From: a virus
Taxonomy: Duplodnaviria > Caudoviricetes
IMG/VR virus record: IMGVR_UViG_3300033407_000004
Span: 1-64,000 of that record
Length of the DNA: 64,000 nucleotides
Direction: 5' to 3' (one strand)
Below the pieces are notes generated by a model. The model was given only the letters and a program-made list of their open reading frames with translations. It ran no database searches and was not told the origin of the DNA. Position numbers and translations under genes: made by a program. Of the stretch, positions 53,386 through 61,419 are shown piece by piece (within the stretch, counting starts at the first letter, position 1; the number at the start of each line of letters is the position of its first letter).

Positions 53386-54972
53386 TTACGACGACAATTG
53401 CAATGTATTCGCCCGCTCCGCAAACACAGGCCGGTTGATATTCTTTGAGTATGACTTCACACCCTCGAACGATTCAACAACCTGCTTCTCTTCAACCGGC
53501 ATTTCCTCGTATGTCTTTCTCCCATAATCATGAGGCAACCACTGTTTCCCCATACAGGCCGCAAGGTTGAATCGGCGTAAAATATTTTCATCGTTGAACC
53601 GTAAATGTATTGTTCCTTTTTTGTACACTGTCGCCGTGAAATATGTACTTTTTATGCTCGATGATTGGTTGCGGCTGAACGCATCATCAATGGCCTTGTT
53701 TAGTGATAAATAGCTTTCCATGCCATCGAAATAATTCATAACGAGGTCAATATCCCTGAGTTGTTCCGACGCCTTGTAATCCAGTTTCCATCCGCTATAT
53801 CCTACCCAGGGGTTCCCGTAGCTGGCGCGGACAGGGATGATTACTCGCTTTCCAACTTTGAACGCATTGTTCGTTTTCCATCCGTTGAACAGGTGTATGT
53901 TGTCGTTGTAGAGCCCGCCCGTGTAGGAATTTTCAATTGTGAACTTATCGAACACGTCAAGGACGGCCTCGGTCAATGTCTTCTCATGTCCGGCCATCAG
54001 GTTTAAAATGAACTGCCTGATATTTGCGGCCGTAAAATCCATATCGCACCGCTGATTAACTTGATGGTCGAATTCTTCACGCTTTTTTGAAGTAAGGCGT
54101 GAACTTACATCTTTGAGGTCAAGGGTCCGCATCCAAAAATCTTTGCGGATAACCTTGAGAAGGTGGTTCACCTGCACCTGCATTTTGCCCGTCATGTCTT
54201 CGGATCGCGAGCTATAGTTCTTGTCGGCCTCTTCGTTTATGCCGATATACTTTCCGATCTTGCGATAGTTGCGAAAATATCCGACGATGGTGTCTATGCC
54301 GATCTGCACCACCTGATTGTATTCGGCAACCAAATCTTCCACGGCGCGGCGGGTGGTAAGCTCGTTGTTTTCTTCAATTTCAGGGCTGATGTGGCTTGCC
54401 TTATCGTTGGCTCCGGCAAATAAATCGTTCTCAACAGCGCGTTCAATAACTATGGAGATCAGGGCGACCTCAACCCCGGTCTTTCTTTCAGCGTCAAGGA
54501 ATGCGTTAGGGATGTATTCTATGTCGGCGTTCAGTTTTGCGAGCTTGCTTGCCAGTTCTTTCCTGGTGTTCGAGTACGGGTTTTTAAGCGTCTCGGCATT
54601 GAGCAGAAAAACAATCTGCCCCCTGTAGAGAATGTCGATTGCCTTCAAAAGGTGCTTGTCGCCGTCATCAAACGGCGGATTTGCTATGATAAGGTCGAAC
54701 TTGTCGGCTCCCGCGAACGCAAGAAAGTCCGAGTCTATGACCTTTATTTTCTTCCCGCGCAATGTCGCCTGCAAATCATGGTCGATCTCAATTGCGGAGA
54801 TATCTAATCTATGGTGGTCGTACTTATGGCGGTTATTGAAATATTCAATCAAATCACCTTTACCGGCTGAAGGCTCAAGGATCTTCACGGGATTTCCATT
54901 GATCTTCCAGATCATCTTATCGGCAAGCTTTTTGGGAGTTGGATAGAATGTTTTGTTGTTCAGAAGTGACAT
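53386..54972 (-). CDS. Amino-methyltransferase (NPPF) with DUF4942-like C-terminal domain
   Basis: 'FYPTP', 'ILEPSAGKG', 'IIANPPF', 'YKKGTIHLRF'; start reassigned to ATG 54972. Confidence 0.8.
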   Translation of the reverse strand: MSLLNNKTFYPTPKKLADKMIWKINGNPVKILEPSAGKGDLIEYFNNRHKYDHHRLDISAIEIDHDLQATLRGKKIKVIDSDFLAFAGADKFDLIIANPPFDDGDKHLLKAIDILYRGQIVFLLNAETLKNPYSNTRKELASKLAKLNADIEYIPNAFLDAERKTGVEVALISIVIERAVENDLFAGANDKASHISPEIEENNELTTRRAVEDLVAEYNQVVQIGIDTIVGYFRNYRKIGKYIGINEEADKNYSSRSEDMTGKMQVQVNHLLKVIRKDFWMRTLDLKDVSSRLTSKKREEFDHQVNQRCDMDFTAANIRQFILNLMAGHEKTLTEAVLDVFDKFTIENSYTGGLYNDNIHLFNGWKTNNAFKVGKRVIIPVRASYGNPWVGYSGWKLDYKASEQLRDIDLVMNYFDGMESYLSLNKAIDDAFSRNQSSSIKSTYFTATVYKKGTIHLRFNDENILRRFNLAACMGKQWLPHDYGRKTYEEMPVEEKQVVESFEGVKSYSKNINRPVFAERANTLQLSS

Positions 54973-55126
54973 TATTTCCTCTCCACCGCCGCCGACACCA
55001 AATACCCGCACGGGTAGCACACTAGCTTGAACGCAACGGTTGTATGCTCCTCAATCGTCAAAGTCTTCCCGCACTTCCCGCAGCGGAACTTGATGTGAGT
55101 TTCGCGGTGAAGGTTGTTGGAAATCT

Positions 55127-55399
55127 TCATTTCAATGCGCTTTCTCGCCATTTCCATACAGGGAAGGAAAGTTCAATCCGATTCGCGTATCGTTCTTTTT
55201 GGATAATCCGGTCAGCGACCCGCAATGCAATTTCCTCAGATGATCTCGCCAATCCATGTTGCGGTAGGCCGCGCTTGGCGATACATGCCAGATCGCGAGC
55301 CATGAATGGTTTTTCTTGCATCCTGGCATAAATATCGTTAATCACGCTTGTTGCGATTTCCACTCCGTGAACTTTCATCCTATCTCCTTTACCACCCAA
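55127..55399 (-). CDS. Hypothetical protein
   Basis: Co-oriented packed ORF. Confidence 0.4.
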   Translation of the reverse strand: MGGKGDRMKVHGVEIATSVINDIYARMQEKPFMARDLACIAKRGLPQHGLARSSEEIALRVADRIIQKERYANRIELSFPVWKWRESALK

Positions 55400-55842
55400 G
55401 CATCTCCGTCCTTGTGCGCCGTGAATATCCCGAATGGGAACATGCCCGCGGCTACGCTCATTTTCACCCTGGCGTCATCCTCCACCAGTGGAGTGATCTT
55501 CTGACCATCCTTTGTTTTGGTCTTCTTCCCAGCCTTCGTGTCGTGTAGCTCCAGCGTCCCATCGGCCAACTGGACGAGAAAATCCATGGTCAGCCGGCAA
55601 TCATGTCCGAGTTTGACGGTTATCGCTTCAAACCAGTACCCCGCGATCTCACCGATTGCCTTCCTCGCCTCAAGGTGGGAAGCATAGGCGGACTCGGTCT
55701 TGTTCATTTCGCCCTTGACGTGAGCGTGACGGCCTCGTGCTTTGAGTTTCACGGGAGGTTGGGGCTTCGCCTCGCCTCCCCGGCATTTCGCGCAAGCGAG
55801 CTTGTTTCCGGCCCAATGGCAGCCTGTACATGAGGGGTTCAT
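55375..55842 (-). CDS. DUF1064-like PD-(D/E)xK nuclease
   Basis: 'MNKTESAY..LE', 'MDFLV...ELHDTK'. Confidence 0.65.
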   Translation of the reverse strand: MNPSCTGCHWAGNKLACAKCRGGEAKPQPPVKLKARGRHAHVKGEMNKTESAYASHLEARKAIGEIAGYWFEAITVKLGHDCRLTMDFLVQLADGTLELHDTKAGKKTKTKDGQKITPLVEDDARVKMSVAAGMFPFGIFTAHKDGDAWVVKEIG

Positions 55843-56414
55843 GCCGTTCTCCGTATTTCATCAAGAATCATCCCCTGAGTTACCGTATTCGCCGCCTCAA
55901 GCTCTGACCAACGAGCGATTATTGCCGGCCACTTGGTGTCCGGGTATGCCTCCGCGACCTCGCTCAGTCGGGACCTCCACTCCGGGAAAGCCTCAATCAG
56001 CCGCTTGCAGCGTCCGAAATCGTCGGCGTCGTGCGGTACGGCGCCATTGCTGAAAGCCCTTGCATCTCTAGTCCATCCGGTTTGTCCGAGAACTGCGAAT
56101 ATCGCCGCAGCACTCTTGCCTACATCAACCCCCAACCACCATCGGGTTTCGTCGTTATAACGGGACAAGCTGCTGATTATTACGGTTTCCCATGCCTTAA
56201 TCTCATTGACCGTCCCGATCGCCATGATAACCATCGGGAATTTACCGGAAACATTGTAGTGGTGTACGATACCGGGGCTCACGACTGAATTTTTTGGGAA
56301 TATCGGCTCGCACTCTGATAGGGCATCAGCGGGGATGCCTTGTGCCCCAGGTGCGCTGCATATCAGCCAGCCGTGAGGCCAGCGCTCGATTATGTATTGT
56401 GGACCTGTTTTCAT
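55839..56414 (-). CDS. Conserved phage hypothetical protein
   Basis: 'WWLGVDVGKSAAAI..PHDADDFGRC..L'. Confidence 0.55.
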   Translation of the reverse strand: MKTGPQYIIERWPHGWLICSAPGAQGIPADALSECEPIFPKNSVVSPGIVHHYNVSGKFPMVIMAIGTVNEIKAWETVIISSLSRYNDETRWWLGVDVGKSAAAIFAVLGQTGWTRDARAFSNGAVPHDADDFGRCKRLIEAFPEWRSRLSEVAEAYPDTKWPAIIARWSELEAANTVTQGMILDEIRRTA

Positions 56415-56839
56415 ACCAGCACCTCTTCCGCCTTCGCTTTATCTTCCAGCGCCTTTTTATACTGAGCCAATCGAGTCGTATAAATTTCCTCGAAGTCGAT
56501 CTTGATATACTGCTTCCTGGCCTCGATTTTCAATGCTTCCAGCCGTCCGGGGTGCTTCGATTCAAGCCATTCGTGAAATAGCCGCTCGTTAAGATGTGCG
56601 CTGTTATTCGCGGAAACGTGGCAAGCGCAGCACAGGCATATCAGGTTATCCAGGTCAGCGCAGACATTTGAATATTTTGACGAGACAATATGCGCTCCGT
56701 GCATTTTGTAAAAAGGCGCTTTCCGTCCGCAGCGTTCGCACTCACCCTCAAGACGCACAATTTTTTTTGCGGTCTCAATCGCCTTTTCGCGCCAATCACG
56801 CTGAGGGGTGGGCCTTGTGGGTTTCGGACATGCCACCAT
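56411..56839 (-). CDS. NinG-like / HNH-fold recombination protein
   Basis: CERCG..'HGAHIVS'..'DNLICLCCACH'. Confidence 0.7.
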   Translation of the reverse strand: MVACPKPTRPTPQRDWREKAIETAKKIVRLEGECERCGRKAPFYKMHGAHIVSSKYSNVCADLDNLICLCCACHVSANNSAHLNERLFHEWLESKHPGRLEALKIEARKQYIKIDFEEIYTTRLAQYKKALEDKAKAEEVLV

Positions 56840-56927
56840 TACGTCTTCTCCTGCATCCCTAAAATCTCTCTGCCCCTTTTGATCTTCTCAACGGTCATAT
56901 CCACTGGCATCTTGTCGCGAACTGCTT

Positions 56928-57487
56928 TTATAAAATCGTTCCATACTGGATTAAAATCTCCCATGCTGCTTGCACCACTCTTGGAACTTGCCCGTTTCCA
57001 GTGGCTTTCTCGCGGTCCAATCTATCGGCCACCCCATAAGCCATTCGCGGAAGGTCGGGTTCAGCGGGCCAAGGCCGGAACCACCTTCCAAGGCTACTGA
57101 AGTTGCAAGGCTCGGGCTCACACTCTGTCCCGTCCGCTTCCCTCGCTCCAGCTTCGCAAAGTCCGGACCGCCCTCTTCCGCTCTCGGTGTCGGCCACATT
57201 TTGAAATGCTTGTTCGGCTTCCCCCGTACCGCTGCCAGAAGATCCCCACGGCCTCCCCGGTCCCCGTCCGTTGCTCTCGGTGTCGGAAATTTCTGCGCTC
57301 GTGACCATACCGCTCTCGGCAGGGTGTCCGTCCCGTCCCTGTGCGATCCGTCCGGGGTTACACCTTCCAGGGCCATTCCCGGCATGTCCTTCCAATCCCG
57401 CGAAAGTGGTGTCGGCCATTCACGCCCCCACTCCCTGCAACTGCATTGATACCTGGGCTCTAACTCCGGCCCGGAAATCTTCAGCAC
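56928..57487 (-). pseudogene. C-terminal remnant of a C5-cytosine DNA methyltransferase (two overlapping frames)
   Basis: Frame 56928-57419 ends in motif X-like 'EPDLPRMAYGVADRLDREKATGNGQVP'; frame 56951-57487 has WPTP/FPTP repeats and 'LNPTFREWLMGWPIDWT'; no motif I/IV/VI. Confidence 0.6.
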
Positions 57488-57950
57488 AGTCGATCAGGTG
57501 CCGCAACCTCTCAACACATTGCGGGTCAAGCAGTTGTTTAGGATCGCCCGTCTCTGCGTAGAAGTCCTCGGCCTTGTTTGGAGTGTTCAGGTTCAGCGGA
57601 GCATTCGACTTCATCAGCTTTTTGAATCCACTGATCGTAGCGCCCATCACCTGTTTTTCTCCGCCGTAATTCAGGCTCACACTGCGCACCATGACCCGGT
57701 CCTTGTCATCGTCGCTCAACTCGCACATCTCAACCATGTCCTGTGCGAGGGCCTGCAATGCTTCGTGAAACTCCGGAGCGGGCTTATCGTTGCTTTTCAG
57801 CATGAAATGGTCGAAGTCGCTCCCGTTCGGCACTTCCCATTCCAAGTAAACCTTGTCTTTCCCGTCTTCACACATTGCTTTGATTTTAAGAAATCTCATA
57901 GTCCCCCTCTTACAACCCCGCAAAAAAATAATCCCCGCCGGCCGCGTCAA
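57420..57950 (-). CDS. Conserved phage hypothetical protein
   Basis: Likely start MRFLKIK after GAGGGGG RBS. Confidence 0.55.
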   Translation of the reverse strand: MTRPAGIIFLRGCKRGTMRFLKIKAMCEDGKDKVYLEWEVPNGSDFDHFMLKSNDKPAPEFHEALQALAQDMVEMCELSDDDKDRVMVRSVSLNYGGEKQVMGATISGFKKLMKSNAPLNLNTPNKAEDFYAETGDPKQLLDPQCVERLRHLIDCAEDFRAGVRAQVSMQLQGVGA

Positions 57951-58110
57951 GCACTTCCTTCCTCAACCGTGCTATTCTCATCGTCTCCCGCATGATGCAG
58001 TCGTTTGAGAAAAACTCCTTTGACGGGTTCTTGCTTCTGTCAACAATTTTCCCGCAGCCGCACTTGCACGGCCCGTCTTCACGCTTGTTGCGCGTGAACT
58101 TGGGGTTCAT
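57910..58110 (-). CDS. Small CxCxC protein
   Basis: 'CKCGCG'. Confidence 0.4.
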   Translation of the reverse strand: MNPKFTRNKREDGPCKCGCGKIVDRSKNPSKEFFSNDCIMRETMRIARLRKEVLDAAGGDYFFAGL

Positions 58111-58334
58111 AACCCCACCTGCTCAAGCGTCTCCATAAGTTCTTTGTACGCGCCGTTCAGCAGGCCGTGCATTTCCATGCGCTGCTCATCGGTCTTCGCG
58201 TCCCGCATCAATTCTGCCGCAATTCCAATACTGCCGAGCTTGTTCCTGAGCGTGTGGCTCAATACGCGCTTCATGGCAGGGCAGAGTTCTGCTAGGGTTT
58301 GCAGCGTTGCTACGTCTCTCTCATGTTCGCTCAT
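58107..58334 (-). CDS. Stand-alone HisKA(H-box)-like mini-protein
   Basis: 'LSHTLRNKLGSIGIAAELM' resembles the SHELRxPLxxIxxxxEL H-box. Confidence 0.55.
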   Translation of the reverse strand: MSEHERDVATLQTLAELCPAMKRVLSHTLRNKLGSIGIAAELMRDAKTDEQRMEMHGLLNGAYKELMETLEQVGL

Positions 58335-58660
58335 TTACCAGCCCTCCGGTACACGAACCGCCTGCCGTCCTTGTTGGTCAATATGGACCGTGTAAGCAAC
58401 CCCTTCCGGTGAATATCCAGAAGAAGCTGAGAAGCGCTCAACTCCGACATTTCACAGCGGGCTGCTATTTGCTTGGAACTCATCGGCCATTCCGCGGAGG
58501 TCCAGCCATAGACTCTCCGTTGCTGCTCGGAGAGGCCGCTTACGAGCATGGCGTCAATGGCCGGGGAAAATTCCGGGTTGGTTGCTTTCATTTTCATGAG
58601 GTTCGATGATGTGATGCTCATGTTATCCCTGCAACCCCTTTGGCTGTTCGTCTTTCTCAA
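58331..58660 (-). CDS. Winged-HTH protein
   Basis: 'LSEQQRRVY..MSSKQIAARCEMS..LLLDIHRKGLL'. Confidence 0.6.
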   Translation of the reverse strand: MRKTNSQRGCRDNMSITSSNLMKMKATNPEFSPAIDAMLVSGLSEQQRRVYGWTSAEWPMSSKQIAARCEMSELSASQLLLDIHRKGLLTRSILTNKDGRRFVYRRAGK

Positions 58661-59189
58661 TCGTTTTTTTGAACATATACCCGCCCGCAGTGTGGAAAAT
58701 TACGATCCCTTCGGGTCTCATAAATCCAGGCGCTGCCTTACTGCCGTCTCGCTTTAAAATGTGAAGCGCATTCATGGCATCAGTGGAATCAAACACGCCA
58801 CGATGAAGCACCGGTACAACTGAGCAGCAAGCTGGGCGCACAGAATCATCAGACCATCTATGCACATTGAAAAGAGAAAACCGCTTTTCTCCCTTCACGA
58901 GACCATACCCGCGCTGTATCCCGCTGCCCCACCATTCACCAAAGTGAGTTCCTGGTCCGAGCCTCATCAGTTCGTCTTTGTGCGTCAAAGCCCAAAGCAA
59001 AAACCCGTCGTTATCGCCCGTCTCAGCATTCAACCATCGCGTCCGGCTACCAACATGAAACCCGCCGTCTTCACCGATGCAGATAACTCCATTCGTCCCG
59101 TCTATTTTTTCAGTGATTACCACTTCGCGGGAAAGTCTTGCAATCTTCGGAAACGCTACAAACTCCATACACACCTCCTGAAAGTACAT
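58623..59189 (-). CDS. RNA ligase family nucleotidyltransferase
   Basis: 'EKIDGTNG' (motif I), 'FGEWWG', 'FSLF', 'PEGIVI', 'FKK'. Confidence 0.85.
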   Translation of the reverse strand: MYFQEVCMEFVAFPKIARLSREVVITEKIDGTNGVICIGEDGGFHVGSRTRWLNAETGDNDGFLLWALTHKDELMRLGPGTHFGEWWGSGIQRGYGLVKGEKRFSLFNVHRWSDDSVRPACCSVVPVLHRGVFDSTDAMNALHILKRDGSKAAPGFMRPEGIVIFHTAGGYMFKKTIEKDEQPKGLQG

Positions 59190-59201
59190 TAATTATTAGA
59201 G

Positions 59202-59477
59202 CTACCGCGCCACCATCCCCACCTCGTCGTACTCCACCCCAAGCGCCGCCGCCACTTCCGGCTTCAGCACAAGAATGTTGTCCCGGCGATCTTCGAGGAG
59301 GTGACGGACCTGCTTTACCTCGGCGTTCAGCGCGTGGGACTGGTAGGAATGGTGCACGTACATTCCGGCGGCGATGCCGATTGCGGCGCCCGCGACGGCT
59401 CCTAGCAGGTATTGTTTAAGCTCTTCCATGAGGGTCATGCGCTCGACTTTCTTTTGGTATGCAAGGTACTTATTCAT
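59202..59477 (-). CDS. Small membrane protein
   Basis: TM 'LLGAVAGAAIGIAAGMY'. Confidence 0.5.
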   Translation of the reverse strand: MNKYLAYQKKVERMTLMEELKQYLLGAVAGAAIGIAAGMYVHHSYQSHALNAEVKQVRHLLEDRRDNILVLKPEVAAALGVEYDEVGMVAR

Positions 59478-59928
59478 CGCGCCTCCTGCTTGCAAAAGTC
59501 CGCGCCGACAGAGCACGGCTGCACCATTGAGCACCCGCTCGCTTTAACGGTCATCATGCAGTGCCCATGCTTATAGTGCAGGCACTTGGGATCGGTTGGG
59601 CGCGTAAGGCCTTCCGGCTTCTTTTTCATTTAAAGGCCCCCCGCCCAGACGACATTATTGAACACCCACTGAAGCCCCTTCAGCGCGAGTGACCAGGCTC
59701 CGTATGCGAGAAGCGGAGTCGCCACCATGACAGTCAAGCATCCCCAATTGAAGTTTTTCAATTCCCCTCCTGCTTGATATCTTCAACACTGATAGTCCGC
59801 GACGACCACGCATAAGCCAATGTCTTCATCTGCGTCTTCGTGTGCTCCCATCCCTCGCTGATCGTGCATCCGTCCTGCTTGTACGGGCAGGTTGGGAGGC
59901 AAGTTGTGTGCGGGCAGGAGGTTGTCAT

Positions 59929-60123
59929 TTAGTCGTCCCCCAAACCGGAAGCGCTGTACATTCCCTTGCGAAAGCGTGAGGAGTGGATATTCCGCTCAAT
60001 GACTTCTATTATTTCTTGCTTGCAATGCTTCTTTTGTTCAGGGGTGAGGTTGTCGTAAAGGGCTTTAAGTGCATCGGGTACTTTAACGCTGATTGTCGGG
60101 CCTGTCTTTTCAGAGTCTGTCAT
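59929..60123 (-). CDS. Ribbon-helix-helix-like DNA-binding protein (CII position)
   Basis: 'TISVKVPDALKALYDNL'. Confidence 0.5.
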   Translation of the reverse strand: MTDSEKTGPTISVKVPDALKALYDNLTPEQKKHCKQEIIEVIERNIHSSRFRKGMYSASGLGDD

Positions 60124-60213
60124 AAGTTTCCCCTAGACCAATAAGTTTCTAAAGTAAACCGTTGTGTCAATAAAAAGAGCCATACCGTACAGTATGGCTT
60201 GAACCGTTGGGAA

Positions 60214-60450
60214 TTAGGCGCTTTTCCTATTCCTTGCGAATATATCCGGCCTCATGATTTCCACCGGTATCCCGCAAAGAGTTTCAATTACAATGGCGCG
60301 TGCAGGGGAGACCTGCTTTGTGCAGTTCTTGTAGTGAGATACCAGCGACAAGCTCCAGTGGGTAAGGAGCTTCTTCATTGCCTTTTCATCAATGGCCGCC
60401 TTAATGGCTTCCCGTTGCTGTCGTGTGAAATACCGTTGCGTTTGTTTCAT
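60214..60450 (-). CDS. Cro/YdaS-like transcriptional regulator
   Basis: HTH plus 'VSPARAIVIE..GIPVEIMRPDIF'; leaderless from promoter at 60457-60486. Confidence 0.75.
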   Translation of the reverse strand: MKQTQRYFTRQQREAIKAAIDEKAMKKLLTHWSLSLVSHYKNCTKQVSPARAIVIETLCGIPVEIMRPDIFARNRKSA

Positions 60451-60456
60451 GAGTTG

Positions 60457-60582
60457 ATATTATCAAAACTTGACAGAGTTTGTCAAGAAAAATAAACGTT
60501 GGCACCTCAAAAATAGTAAATAAAAAAAAGATTGCAGATTGAAAAGAAAAGCCTTGACTTTATCAGTCAACTACTTTATTAT
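60457..60582. promoter_or_regulatory. Divergent promoters, each with a 17-bp TTGAC-N7-GTCAA operator
   Basis: - strand TTGACA (60486-60481)..TGATAATAT; + strand TTGACT-17-TATTAT (60554-60582); palindromes 60470-60486 and 60554-60570. Confidence 0.75.
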
Positions 60583-60889
60583 TTGTTCGTAAGCTACAAA
60601 CGCAGCGAGTAGGCAGGAAAGAAAAACGTCCTTTTTGGCTACCATCAGACGGCTTATCCTGTAAACCTGCGAGGAATGATTGAAACGAATAGTAGCAAGT
60701 CGTACACCATCCTGAACAAGAAAGGAGACATGGAGAGTTATTTGGAGAGTTTAATTTCGGGAACCCCGGCGGTCTTGCAGGGCCGCTGGGGGATTAAAGC
60801 ATCGACGGTTCGCTTCCGTACCGGCTGATTTGATCGCAGACTACCGCAAACGGGTTTAGGGTAGTCATTGAAATGGAGGGCTTAGATTA

Positions 60890-61165
60890 ATGTCAGAAGA
60901 AAAGTTTTGGGTAGTTTGGGATTCATGCTACGCGCCTTCAAAAAAACACCTTAACTGCGAAGACGCGAAAACGGAAGCGCGAAGGCTTGCCCGGAAGCAT
61001 CCCGACAAGGCGTTTGCCGTCCTGGAAGCGGTGTTCGTTGTAAGGGCGATGGAGACCCCGCTTGAAGAGCATGAGCTAGGAAGCGAATGGAAATCAGCAC
61101 AATCAGGCGACAGGGTTTTGAAACCCAACAGCAGCAAAAACGGGGGAATGGAGAATGCGAAATGA
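60890..61165 (+). CDS. Hypothetical early protein
   Basis: GGAGG RBS; 'EDAKTEARRLARKHP'. Confidence 0.55.
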   Translation: MSEEKFWVVWDSCYAPSKKHLNCEDAKTEARRLARKHPDKAFAVLEAVFVVRAMETPLEEHELGSEWKSAQSGDRVLKPNSSKNGGMENAK

Positions 61166-61419
61166 CGATTCCCGCAACAGTCAGAGACCTCATTGACGGC
61201 ATTAAGCCCGGTGACACCCTTGTCGTCCTCGATCGCGAAGAAGCAGACGGTCAAGGCCGGCATGAATTCACCGCATACTGGAAAGACGCGGACAGACTTC
61301 GAGGGCAGTGCTTCCGTGCGGACTTGCAGGGATTTCTGGCTCGGCATGAGAAAGCAACTGTGGTGACGCAAGAAGCGCTGAAGGCAGCGTATGAGGCACG
61401 GAGAGGGGTGGCGGCATGA
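61162..61419 (+). CDS. Hypothetical early protein
   Basis: ATGA overlap with neighbours. Confidence 0.5.
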   Translation: MTIPATVRDLIDGIKPGDTLVVLDREEADGQGRHEFTAYWKDADRLRGQCFRADLQGFLARHEKATVVTQEALKAAYEARRGVAA

